A stretch of DNA of 64,000 nt from an uncultured delta proteobacterium (GCA_963733195.1 CAVTCR010000026.1:1-64000), one strand, 5' to 3'. Positions 43,179 through 53,341 are shown, counted from the first letter of the stretch. Translations and numbers: made by a program. Notes: generated by a model from the letters alone, not told the origin.

Positions 43179-43505
43179 ATGACCCAAACCATGCAGGCAC
43201 TGTTTGTTGTTCCCGGTCCTGAGGGCGGGGTGTACGAAATCCGTCAAATCCCCGTGCCAACTCCAGGACCTGATGAGGTCCTCGTGGCTGTACGTGCTGC
43301 AGGGACTAATCGTGGTGAACTGCTTGCGCGTCCGCTTCTACGGTCCGACAATCCGGCAGCTAAACCGATGCGCCGGGTAGATGCACTTAAACCGGTACTC
43401 GACCGCACCTTCCCATTCGAGCGGATTGCCGAGGCGCATGCCTACATGCTCAGCGATGCCCAAATCGGGAAGATCGTGCTTACTCTCGGAGACCACACCC
43501 ACTGA
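43179..43505 (+). pseudogene. Quinone oxidoreductase/MDR with an in-frame internal deletion
   Basis: N-terminus PTPGPDEVLVAVRAAGTNRG joined to C-terminus LKPVLDRTFPFERIAEAHAYM..GKIVL in only 108 aa. Confidence 0.8.
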
Positions 43506-43560
43506 GAGTTTTCTTTTTCTATAGAGACAACATACCAAGATGTAGGTTCTGAGCATACCG

Positions 43561-43624
43561 TGGCGGGCGCAGCCCGCCCTACGTGTTTTCGTGCGTTCCA
43601 GAGTAGGGCAGGCTGTGCCTGCCA
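43561..43624. repeat. Inverted GTAG REP pair
   Basis: GGCGGGCGCAGCCCGCCCTAC ... GTAGGGCAGGCTGTGCCTGCC. Confidence 0.7.
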
Positions 43625-43650
43625 TCGTCAACTCCCTCATCTGAGCGTCT

Positions 43651-44121
43651 CTATAGCACGCCGAGCGTCTGATCAGGTGAAAGCTGGTATTCCGAACTCT
43701 CTAGCGAGCCAAGCTCGTTGGGATATTGTTCCTCAATCCTGCGCATTACCTCTCTCGCGTTGTAAACGGCCGGATGATCCGCATGCGCAACGACTCTTAT
43801 GTGCGCTGTCGCATAATAATTGCGTGGAAAGAGTCCAGCTTGAGCGAATAGATCACTAATGTCGAGGGTGTCCTGAGCAACCACGACGAAGTGCTCATAG
43901 CCAAGCTGGGTGGTTAATTGCGCACAGCGATACAGCAGAAACTGTTCGACCTTGTCGCGCGAGGTGTAATTATTACCTTTGAACCGTACGCGATAGGCCG
44001 TCTCAGCCAGGCGGAAATTGGTGTATCCACCAGTGAGGTTTTCGTGTCGATAGGCGGTAGCACAGCCCGCCAGCGGGATGAGCACAGCTATAAGCCCGGT
44101 CCACACGAGACGAGTCAGCAC
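43651..44121 (-). CDS. CC0125/CC1285-like lipoprotein
   Basis: Lipobox LAGC; YRVRFKGN, LLYRCAQLT..GY. Confidence 0.8.
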   Translation of the reverse strand: MLTRLVWTGLIAVLIPLAGCATAYRHENLTGGYTNFRLAETAYRVRFKGNNYTSRDKVEQFLLYRCAQLTTQLGYEHFVVVAQDTLDISDLFAQAGLFPRNYYATAHIRVVAHADHPAVYNAREVMRRIEEQYPNELGSLESSEYQLSPDQTLGVL

Positions 44122-44262
44122 TCACCAGCGTTCTCTCGGTTCTGCATAGTGCACCTTCCTCTTCAGATCCAGATAGCGTGAACCGATCATCAGGGCAAGG
44201 GAAGATGCCGATCGGCAGTGGTTTGTTTTCTTCCTTAGAATAAGAAGAAACTTTGCGATCTT

Positions 44263-44356
44263 TGTCATTCTGAGGAGCAACGCGACGAAGAATCTCTCAG
44301 ACCCAAGTGCGGAGGGGAGAGATTCTTCACTCCGTTGCGCTCCGTTCAGAATGACA
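44263..44356. repeat. TGTCA...TGACA palindromic element
   Basis: TGTCATTCTGAG..GAAGAATCTC / GAGATTCTTC..TCAGAATGACA. Confidence 0.85.
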
Positions 44357-44489
44357 TTTTTGTGGCGTCAGTGGCCAAACTGAACCACCATTTCTTCAAC
44401 GATGCCGGAAGTTAGGATGCCACAGTGTTAGAGGGAGGTATGTTTTGGTAGCGTGAGCTTTCTCGAATCTCTCGCAAAGGAACGTGAGC

Positions 44490-45640
44490 ATGGCAGACAA
44501 ACGTAAGTCTCGCAGGAAAGCAGGAAGAGCGTCGGACTTTGGGCCGCCAGAAGGAGGAGGCACTGTTCCCGGTAGCGCCGTCGCGTACCGGATTGCCACA
44601 TGACTACACCGTCGTTCTTGACGAGATTAAGCGTCGTATTCAGCAAGAGCGTCTGCGAGTTGTTATGTCCGCGAACTCGGCCATGGTGTTGCTGTACTGG
44701 GACATTGGTCAGATGATTCTCCAGCGACAAGACCACGCAGGGTGGGGCGCTAGGGTGATCGATCGCTTAGCCAAAGATCTCCGCGATGCTTTTCCTGATA
44801 CAAGAGGCTTCTCTCCACGTAATCTCAAATACATGCGTGCTTTTGCTGCGGCATGGCCGGATCGCGCAATTGTGCAAGGGCCGATTGCACAAATTACCTG
44901 GTATCAAAACCTCGCTCTGCTAGAGAAACTGAACCACGAGTAGCGACCGGCTCTGGTACGCTCGGCAGGCTCATCAAAATGGCTGGTCCCATAATATTCT
45001 CGTTCTTCAGGTCGAGAGTCGGGCTCATGAGCGCCACGGCAAAGCCATCACCAACTTTTCGACGACCCTCCCGCCTGCTGATTCCGATATGGCCGGTCAG
45101 ATCTTCAAGGACCCATACCTCTTCGATTTCCTTGGCACGGCTGACCCACGCCGAGAGCGTGAGGTCGAACAAGCGCTTGTTGATCACATCCAACGCTTCC
45201 TGCTAGAACTCGGAATTGGTTTCGCCTTTGTTGGTCGCCAAGTTCTACTTGAGGTTGGTGACCAAGACTTCCACCTCGACCTGCTCTTTTACCATTTGAA
45301 GCTCCGTAGTTATGTGGTTATTGAACTAAAAGCTGTACCGTTCGAGCCTGCATTTGTCGGTCAACTGAACCTCTATCTATCCGCAGTCGACGACCTCCTG
45401 CGTCATCCCGATGACAGACCTACTATCGGTTTGTTACTCTGTCGCTCCAAAAACAAAGTGGTGGTGGAGTACGCTTTACGGCATCTGAAACGACCAATCG
45501 GCGTTGCTCAATGGGAGACGAGCATCGTCAAGTCCTTACCAAAAGAGTTCGAGGGAATCTTGCCTACGGTAGAGGAAATCGAAGCGGAACTCGCCGAACA
45601 GTCCAAGAGGAGACCGCGGTCTCGACAAAGAAAGTCATAG
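44490..45640 (+). CDS. YhcG/DUF1016 PD-(D/E)xK nuclease; frameshifted
   Basis: LYWDIG, GFSPRNLKYM, KDPYLFDFL, FAFVGRQ, DLLFYH, VIELK, TIGLLLC. Confidence 0.92.
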
Positions 45641-45718
45641 AGCGAATGAGCAAGTAACCAATGCGCTTGTGACAAGGGTCGCGACGCGATTCCTGGCGCA
45701 CGCATCTCTATCATCAGA

Positions 45719-45789
45719 GTCATTGCGAGCGAAGCGAAGCAATCCTTGTATTCTGGAGATTGCTTCGTCGTACGACTCTTCGCAATGAC
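45719..45789. repeat. GTCATTGCGAG...CGCAATGAC palindromic element (RPE-like)
   Basis: GTCATTGCGAGCGAAGCGAAGCAATC / GATTGCTTCGTCG..TCGCAATGAC. Confidence 0.85.
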
Positions 45790-46082
45790 CGGGTCCTCCG
45801 CAGGAGTTTGGCTGCACGTTCGCGCAGCTCAGCGGCTGGCGTATGCTCTTGAATCTCGCAGGTGATGGCGCTGACCTGCGCTTGGCCGACTTCATCCCCG
45901 GTGAAGTCAGGAGGATTGTAGAGGATCGGGACATGCCAGAGGTGAGCAGCGCTATCCAGTTCCGGTGTCCCAGCAGCAAATACACTTCCAACCTGGGACA
46001 GCAGAAACCGGTTGACTACCGCACGCACCTGTGGAGGTGAGAAAGAAGCTTGTGCCAGGGTTGATCTCTGTTGTTCGGCCAT
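45720..46082 (-). CDS. Hypothetical protein whose C-terminus and stop come from the palindromic element
   Basis: VNRFLLSQVGSVFAAGTP..WHVPIL..GEV-like core; tail RSLRRVVRRSNLQNTRIASLRSQ is read from the repeat. Confidence 0.6.
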   Translation of the reverse strand: MAEQQRSTLAQASFSPPQVRAVVNRFLLSQVGSVFAAGTPELDSAAHLWHVPILYNPPDFTGDEVGQAQVSAITCEIQEHTPAAELRERAAKLLRRTRSLRRVVRRSNLQNTRIASLRSQ

Positions 46083-46466
46083 GATTTCCATTCCTGACAG
46101 ACCATCATGCAGGATCGTAGTCTACACGTTCCTCCGAAGCAACCTGATACCAAGATCACGAATGAAACGCTTCAGGAGAAGAACAAGCAGAACGGAACAA
46201 AGACAGGACAGAGTTTACATCTGCACTATCAGTTATGGAATGTCCTCCTGTTCCAATTGCTCTACGAGTTCATCTTCTGGTGTAGAGTGATTACCTGCGA
46301 TAAGGAACAGAGAGTGAGGATGCAGAGCCCGTTGAGTCGAGTCTAGCGGCGTTCCACAATGGCCGAGGAGTAGAGACCAGGGCTAGTTTCGTCTGGCGAG
46401 CAGTGTTCGAGGAAGGTTACCGTACTGCCACAGTGGCGGCTTTCGTCGGTTGCCCCGCTGCTACTG

Positions 46467-47585
46467 TCAGCTTCGTGCTGCAGAGACGCGGTTGCTTTTA
46501 AGATACAGCCTCCGAAGGTGATCGATTTCTTTGAGCCTATGAGTCTCTAAATCCTTGTATTTCCAGAAAGTCCACCCGTTGGTTTGGTAATAAGGGCGAC
46601 CATTGTGAGGCGGCCCGTTTACAGAGTTCCGTGCCATACCTCCAGCTACAGACAAAGATGTATACGTCTTGCCACTGAAGAGAACTGTTCCAGTAGACTG
46701 AACCATGGCAGAGAGACGGTTCCTCTTATACTCAACCTCTATTTCCAGAGGAGGGTGAATAAGTCCAGATTCTATGAGATCTGAGATCGTCACAGGAATT
46801 ACTGTGGGACTCTTCCTCCGTTTGGACTTTTCTCGCGCGCTAATCCTTTTTTCTCTCTTTTGCGAGGAATGCGTGAAACTGTTCACGCTTGGAGAGATGT
46901 TCCTCGTTGGGAACTCTACTCGAAGGTCCACCCTTTTGAGGGAGTTTCTAATGTCGCCTTGAGTTAGTCCGCTCGTTTTTTTGTGTAACAAACGAACAAA
47001 ACTTTCGTCTTGGCTTTTGACCAGACTTTCCAAAGATGCCCTGATTCGTCGGTCAATGAAATGGGCTTTCCATAAAGCATTGAGGCTTTTCTCCCTCATC
47101 TTTTCTTTGGAGAGCAGTTCAAGGGTTTCAACAACGTGCTCCTTTTGACTAGCATCAGAAATGCGAACAGTCCGAAATAGTTTCTCCTCTGCGTCCACTG
47201 GTGCGTGCGCATTATAGAGTCGATACTCATCTCCATTAGTGAGAACACACCATTCTACTCCTACCACTGTCGCATAGCCCAGAGTTTGGGAAATCCATTT
47301 GCGGTCGCTTAAAGAAGCATCTAACGCCTTGGCTTCTACAAAAAGACAAGGCACCCGGAGCAAGAAAAGAGCGTAGTCTACTGGGTTGTCTTGCGGCTTT
47401 CGTCTATATTCCAAGGACACTTCGTCGAGGTCTTCTAAATCCCATCCTTGGGCCGACAAGAGAGGATTGATGAGAGCCATCTTAGTATTCTGCTCACCAA
47501 TAGGCTCTCTTCTCTGGCGAATTCGTCCAATACTATCTCTTAAGCGTTGAACGGTGGATACTATAAACTCCCGTCGTGATTTCAT
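46467..47585 (-). CDS. HsdR_N-type PD-(D/E)xK nuclease fused to a C-terminal RAMA-like domain
   Basis: EQNTKMALINPLL..GWD, VDYAL..VEAK, LTNGDEYRLY; C-terminal DLIESGLI..GKTYTSLSVAG..NGWTFW. Confidence 0.75.
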   Translation of the reverse strand: MKSRREFIVSTVQRLRDSIGRIRQRREPIGEQNTKMALINPLLSAQGWDLEDLDEVSLEYRRKPQDNPVDYALFLLRVPCLFVEAKALDASLSDRKWISQTLGYATVVGVEWCVLTNGDEYRLYNAHAPVDAEEKLFRTVRISDASQKEHVVETLELLSKEKMREKSLNALWKAHFIDRRIRASLESLVKSQDESFVRLLHKKTSGLTQGDIRNSLKRVDLRVEFPTRNISPSVNSFTHSSQKREKRISAREKSKRRKSPTVIPVTISDLIESGLIHPPLEIEVEYKRNRLSAMVQSTGTVLFSGKTYTSLSVAGGMARNSVNGPPHNGRPYYQTNGWTFWKYKDLETHRLKEIDHLRRLYLKSNRVSAARS

Positions 47586-48344
47586 CTCATCCTCTCCCCC
47601 TCACTGACCGCAGAAGGGGCAAGGCTTGTATGCCTGACGACTTCACATACTGTCAAGGGTGAGTTATCGACACGACAACTACGGAGTATTGGACTTGATC
47701 TTCGTTGTTTTCTTGATGTACCGACACAAAATGAAGAGCTGTACTGAGCCATCAGACAAACCGCCTCGTTTAAGCTGCTTTGGCAGGTACAGGCTCACTA
47801 GCGTGGCCTCGGAGGATATTCCATCACCTCGTCGTACATCATACGTACAAAGGCACAGAGGAACGCAAGACTCGCTGAACCTCTCTCAACATACATCCTA
47901 CGCCGCCTTTGGCCGTTTTGCACGACGTTTGCATATCGGACGTGGCGCCTACAGGCTACGGGCCAGTGCATAACTCTCTATGAGGGAAGTCAAGGCTACA
48001 TTCTTCGCTTTCCTAGCCCAAAGGTTGATGCCGTTAGATAAAAGAGCTTCAGTCTTGTAATCAAGCATCACGGGCGGTTATTGGGATTTTCGATAGCTAA
48101 CCCCTCTGCTATCGCCGCTTGATTAAGATTCGTGTCGGCTGAGATCAGTGTGAGCGGTGCAAGCCTGTACCCGCGCCGTTCGGTGTTCACATCGTGGCTG
48201 CCTATCGTCAAGAGCTAGGGAAACGATTCCAGCTCTGGCGACGAGTGCACGAGTAAGTCGTAGCCGCGGAGCACGTGCAGGTATCTTGTATGACGAGGCT
48301 AAGTCCATTGCGCGTTAGGTTTCAACTCGGTGACGACGTCCTTA

Positions 48345-49215
48345 TAGCGATTTTGAAGTGGGAGCGACCAATAGCCACAGTGCTGAAACCACCCCAGAAT
48401 GTCTTGCTGGGTGATCGACGAAAAAGCCGCGACTAACGCATCGAGTAAATCTGGTAAGGTGTGCGGTTTGAGGACGCGCAAGCGGGATTTCACTTGCGAC
48501 CAGCAGTTTTGGATCGGGTTCAGATCCGGAGAATACGTGGGGAGAAACAGGACCCACGCGCCCACAGCTTCAATCGCGTCCTCGATGTGATCGAGTTTAT
48601 GAAGCGGGTTGTTATGCATCAACACAATATCGCCGCGTTTGAGAGTGGGCACGAGCAGCTCTTCGACAAAGAACAGCATGGTTTCCCCATCAATTGCTCC
48701 GGGCACGCTCAAGCCGGTGCGGATGCCAGCGAGCCCAATCGCGCCGATCGTGGACACGTTGCCCCCACGATCACCGGGCACCTGATCGCAGACGCGTGGG
48801 CCGGGGTCAGCGCGGCCATAGCACCGGGTTAAGCCAAGAGTGCTGCCCATCTCGTCAATACAGAGGTAGTGGCCACTATCCCAGGCCCTCGTGAGTTGCC
48901 GAAACTGTTCGCGAGCCTTTTCGTCGCGCTCACTGGCGATGAGACTTTTTTTTGCGCGGGAGGTTCAAGACCTGTAAGTTACGAGAGATCGTGGAAAGAC
49001 TGACCGTGGCTTGGCATTTGTCAGTGAGGACCGTGCCGCGTCGACCTCGGATATCCGTGGCTGCCTATCGTCAAGAGCTAGGGAAACGATTCCAGCTCTG
49101 GCGAGAGGGCACGACTCCAGTCCTGGCCGCATAGCACCGTGCAGGGGCTATCTTCCTATGTCGTGGCTTGGTATTGGCCTTGTCTTCAACAAGGTGACAA
49201 CGCCCTATTTTACTT
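48345..49215 (-). mobile_element. Degenerate IS630-family element
   Basis: RKKKSL frameshift A-run at 48946-48953; IDEMG, FLPTYSPDLNPIQ, GWFQHCGY. OrfA is scrambled and the left boundary is approximate. Confidence 0.8.
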
Positions 49216-49389
49216 CGATCGTCCGCGCAAAGCGAAGAAGTAATGAAGGCCTGGCTGGCAGCCTAAGCCGGATGTCACGGATGACGATTATGTTTGCAGA
49301 TGAGGGGTCACCCATTCCATCGACGACTCGAATGTTGGACAGCACGGGCACCGGCCCGCGAGAGATCAGAGTGACATTAAGACGAAGAC

Positions 49390-50109
49390 CTAGGCGATGT
49401 GAGGCTTTCTTGGACGCCTAGCCTCGAACTGTCTCTTTTTCTCTATTACTGCTTTGGCGACTTCGAGATCTGTAGGTGCCCGGCTAGAGCCATCAGACGC
49501 GTCTGAATAACTGACGAACACCTCGTACACTTTGATCGCAAGAATAGCCAACTGCGTAGGGTTGCTCGGCACTACTCCCTCGGGGAAGCAATCAGCGTGC
49601 TCTCGTAGAAACGTTGCGGCAGCTTGTACCGCGGAATGCTCTTTGCGATCGATCTGCGCAGGGTAACTGAATTTCCAACGAAGTATGCGCCGATTGATCA
49701 GTTCTTTATCGTCACTGCCTGCCTCAATTCCGGCGGCGGGGAATACTCGACAATCGTAGTTGCGGCAGGTTTGCGGCCGATGCTCATAGATCGAACATTT
49801 GTCGTCCACCAGCATGGGGCAGCGTCCTTTTTCGTCGTAACCCAATAGAACATTACCCTTGGGCAGCCCCGGTGCGGGGAACAAAAGTTCATTCGGTATC
49901 CGGCTAAGGGTTTGGGATTCTTCTGGTCCGATGTGGATGAAGTAAGACGACCTACAGCAAGCGTTGCACTCGCCGCATGGCACGTTGATGCTGTCTTTTT
50001 CTACCTGCGCGTTCCGCGTGCGACGGAGCCAAGAAGAGAATCCACCAGCAGGCAGAGCTTGTTGCTTGGTGACATCCTCGACATCGAGCGGTTTTGTATC
50101 GTCGCTCAT
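49390..50109 (-). CDS. YkgJ-family cysteine-cluster protein
   Basis: CGECNACC...CPML..CSIYEHRPQTCRNYDC. Confidence 0.88.
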   Translation of the reverse strand: MSDDTKPLDVEDVTKQQALPAGGFSSWLRRTRNAQVEKDSINVPCGECNACCRSSYFIHIGPEESQTLSRIPNELLFPAPGLPKGNVLLGYDEKGRCPMLVDDKCSIYEHRPQTCRNYDCRVFPAAGIEAGSDDKELINRRILRWKFSYPAQIDRKEHSAVQAAATFLREHADCFPEGVVPSNPTQLAILAIKVYEVFVSYSDASDGSSRAPTDLEVAKAVIEKKRQFEARRPRKPHIA

Positions 50110-50358
50110 GGCTTCTGGTAGCGTAGTCCAAAACTCAACACAAGTCTGCTGGATATGCTCATTCACACATAAGGTGTGCAAGCCGGACCGCATGTCGAAT
50201 CAAGAATGTTTCGGTATCTGGAAACAGGAAGCCGCGGCGGCTCTGGGAAACCGCAACCTGATTGACCGGCGCATACGCTGGTTACTGGATTTCCATTTGT
50301 TCACATGTTTGTTGAAGTTTCTGTCTCAACGAGTGAGGAATACTGACCGGAAAACAAT

Positions 50359-51837
50359 CTATGCGGTTCTCGTTCTCCGTTTATTGTTGCGCGTTCTCTC
50401 GTCGTCATTGATGTGGACCTCTTCGTCTTTTCTCCGTGCGCGAAAATTCAACTTCACCGGAGTACCGAGTAAATCAAACGTCGCTCGCAACTGATTCTCG
50501 AGATAGCGCTCGTAGGCTGGGGTGATTCCTTCTGGTACGCCGGTGAACAGCACAAACTGCGGTGGTTTGGTTGCGACTTGGGTGACATAAAAAATCTTTG
50601 GTTGTTTGCCCTTGAAGCTTGGTGGTGGGGTGCGTCTGGTCCATTCCTGAAAGCTACGATTGAGCTGTGTCGTCGGCAGTTGCAGCGCATGGGCTTGTGC
50701 GACCTGCATGACGACAGGGAGCAGTTTGCTCAGTCGGGAGCCTGTCAACGCTGAAAGGAACACCACAGGGAGGGAGTTTGTAATAGGGATCGTATCGTGA
50801 AGATTCTGCAAGTAGCGCGCTTGATTCTTTCGTTCGGCAGGGACAGCATCCCATTTGTTGACGACCAGTATCAACGCCCGCCCGCGATCCCAGGCGTAAC
50901 GGGCGAGGCGTGCCTCTTGGTCGGTCATGCCCTCGACTGCATCGATGACCAACAGCCCGATCTCCGCCCGTTCGAGCGCTTTCAATGCAATGAACACACT
51001 CGCCTGTTCGATCCGCTCGTAAACCTTGGCCTTCCGCCGTGCTCCAGCCGTATCGACCAGCACAATCTGTTTACCGTCCCATTCGATGAGGCTATCAACT
51101 GCGTCTCGTGTGGTGCCGGGAGTAGAATCGACGATCGACCGTTCAAAGCCGACCAAGCGATTGAGGAGGGACGACTTACCAACATTCGGGCGACCAACAA
51201 TAGCGACGTGTAATGGGGTGTTGGGAGCTGAGGGCTGGGGGCTGGAGAGTTCAGGCTCGAAGCTTGAAGCTCGAAGCTTGGTGCTTGAATCCTTCTGACT
51301 CCAGGTTTCGGCGACTGCCTCCATGAGATCACTGACGCCGCGACCGTGGGCAGAAGAGATCGTGTAGAGTGGATCAAGCCCCAATGCAAAAAACTCTGTG
51401 GCGGCTGCTTCCTGTTTGTCTCCATCAATCTTGTTAACAGCAAAAAATGTTGGCTTGTCAGTGCGGCGGAGAAGATCGACCGCCTCTGCGTCCGCTGGGT
51501 TGAGCCCTTCGCGACCATCGAAAAGAAAGATAATCACATCTGCTTCGCTCATGGCGAGGCGCGTTTGTTCCTGGACCCGAGAGTTTAGTCCATCGGTATC
51601 CTGAAAATCGAGTCCTCCGGTATCAACCAGAAGCACCGGTTGCCCCTGCCACACAGCTTGAGCAAAATTGCGGTCGCGAGTGACGCCTGGTGTGTTATCA
51701 ACCACGGCTTTGCGTTGACGAAGCAGCCGATTAAACAAGGTTGACTTTCCGGCATTCGGTCGGCCAACAATGGCAACCACTGGTAAACGGGAGCTTGTGG
51801 CCGTCTGAGTTTCTGTCTGATGTAACGCCTGCGTCAT
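50359..51837 (-). CDS. der: Ribosome biogenesis GTPase Der (EngA)
   Basis: Two G domains (GRPNAGKS, GRPNVGKS, DTGG/DTAG, NKID/NKWD) and a KH-like C-terminus. Confidence 0.97.
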   Translation of the reverse strand: MTQALHQTETQTATSSRLPVVAIVGRPNAGKSTLFNRLLRQRKAVVDNTPGVTRDRNFAQAVWQGQPVLLVDTGGLDFQDTDGLNSRVQEQTRLAMSEADVIIFLFDGREGLNPADAEAVDLLRRTDKPTFFAVNKIDGDKQEAAATEFFALGLDPLYTISSAHGRGVSDLMEAVAETWSQKDSSTKLRASSFEPELSSPQPSAPNTPLHVAIVGRPNVGKSSLLNRLVGFERSIVDSTPGTTRDAVDSLIEWDGKQIVLVDTAGARRKAKVYERIEQASVFIALKALERAEIGLLVIDAVEGMTDQEARLARYAWDRGRALILVVNKWDAVPAERKNQARYLQNLHDTIPITNSLPVVFLSALTGSRLSKLLPVVMQVAQAHALQLPTTQLNRSFQEWTRRTPPPSFKGKQPKIFYVTQVATKPPQFVLFTGVPEGITPAYERYLENQLRATFDLLGTPVKLNFRARRKDEEVHINDDERTRNNKRRTRTA

Positions 51838-51904
51838 AGTGAAAACTCTTCTCGTTCTTCAATAAGTTCTAGGAGACTCAGTCAGCGATGAGGTAGAGGG
51901 AAGT

Positions 51905-52043
51905 CCGTTTGCGCTGAGCTTGTCGAAGCACATCATAGCAAACCTCAGCTCATGCTATAGCGGAGTTCTCTTCAGTGCATATGTTGAACTACCGTTCGTC
52001 CTGAGCGCGGCCGCACTAGCGGCGAAGTCGAAAGATGAACGGT
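51905..52043. repeat. CTGAG..GTCGAAG repeat units
   Basis: CCGTTTGCGCTGAGCTTGTCGAAGC and ACCGTTCGTCCTGAGC...GAAGTCGAAAGATGAACGGT. Confidence 0.65.
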
Positions 52044-52159
52044 CACACCTACAATAGAAAACTTTTCTTGAGTCTTATAGCGCCTTTGCTTGCGCCTTTC
52101 TTCCCCCCCTCGCGCGTGCTATCGTCCGCCGCGATTTCATTCGCCAGATAGGAGGGGGC

Positions 52160-53293
52160 ATGGCAAAGGCAATCGAAGCATACACTGCCGTGGGCATTTC
52201 GCCGACAGTACGCGGCGTATTAAAGCGCCAGCAGATTAAAACCAACATCGAACATCTTCACGAAGTGTGTGCTGGAGCATGTTGGCTCTCTAGCTTGGCC
52301 CTTCCAGTACGACTTATTGTGATTCCAGAAGGAGCCTTACAGGGATTTACCGATGAGGTATTTGACTGGGATCACGAAAAGTATGCCGAGGAGATTGCCA
52401 TCGATATTCCTGGCCCCGAAACCGACATGCTCGGAAAGCTCGCCAAGGAGTTCAATGCCTACGTGGTAGCGACAGCGAAATCGCGTGAACCAGAATTTCC
52501 TGGATTATTTTTTAACAATGTTTTTATGCTCTCCCCACAGGGAAAGGTCATCCTCCGCCATCGAAAAAACTCTCCGCTCTTTCCTGTAGAACATTCTGTG
52601 TGTCCGCACGATGTATGGGACAAGTGGATCGAAATTCATGGACGCTCGCTGAATGCCTTCTTTCCTGTCGCCGATACTGACATCGGCAAGATCGGCATCT
52701 GCATGGCCAATGAAGGGTCGTATCCAGAACTCATTCGTGGCCTGGCCATGAATGGAGCCGAGGTTATTTGCCGACCAGCGTATCCAGAACCGCATGTGAG
52801 CAACGGTGCGTGGGAGATTCAGAACCGTGCGCGGGCGTTAGATAACACCTGCTACATGGTCGCGCCCAATCTCGGAACATACTATCTCTTGCCAGAATCG
52901 CCCCTACCGGTTGACACCTTTGGTGGTCACTCAATGATTGTCGATTATCGCGGACTGATCGTCGCCCGGCATGATTACGGTGCGGGTTCATCGTATTGTG
53001 GCGGTGTAATCGACATCGAAGCGCTGCGCGAGTTCCGGGCCCGTTCGCCCCTCATGAACTGGATGAAAGACCTGCGAACGGAAGTGATCTCGCTGATTTA
53101 CGAAAAGCCAATTTACCCGAAGAATTTATGGCTCAAACGGAAACCGATGCACCATGCGGAATACAAGACTGAGGTGATTGACCGACAGATTCAGCTGATG
53201 CAGGATCGCGGGGTTTTTACGCCACCGGCGAGAGGGGAAGCGGTACAGACTCGGTCAGCGAAAGTACAAAAAGTGAGTAAGAAAAAAAAATGA
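52160..53293 (+). CDS. Nitrilase-superfamily (carbon-nitrogen hydrolase) protein
   Basis: IPEG, HRKN, RARALDN..Y, GGHSMIVD. Confidence 0.88.
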   Translation: MAKAIEAYTAVGISPTVRGVLKRQQIKTNIEHLHEVCAGACWLSSLALPVRLIVIPEGALQGFTDEVFDWDHEKYAEEIAIDIPGPETDMLGKLAKEFNAYVVATAKSREPEFPGLFFNNVFMLSPQGKVILRHRKNSPLFPVEHSVCPHDVWDKWIEIHGRSLNAFFPVADTDIGKIGICMANEGSYPELIRGLAMNGAEVICRPAYPEPHVSNGAWEIQNRARALDNTCYMVAPNLGTYYLLPESPLPVDTFGGHSMIVDYRGLIVARHDYGAGSSYCGGVIDIEALREFRARSPLMNWMKDLRTEVISLIYEKPIYPKNLWLKRKPMHHAEYKTEVIDRQIQLMQDRGVFTPPARGEAVQTRSAKVQKVSKKKK

Positions 53294-53341
53294 AGGGCGA
53301 GGTTGCCTCAATCAGGCTACAAGAGGTGAGCACATCAGGTC

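Noticed and set aside
47590-48190. Possible genes or attC sites upstream of the HsdR_N-RAMA gene
   Set aside because: No coherent ORF or convincing R/L box pairing; the region appears degraded or low quality.
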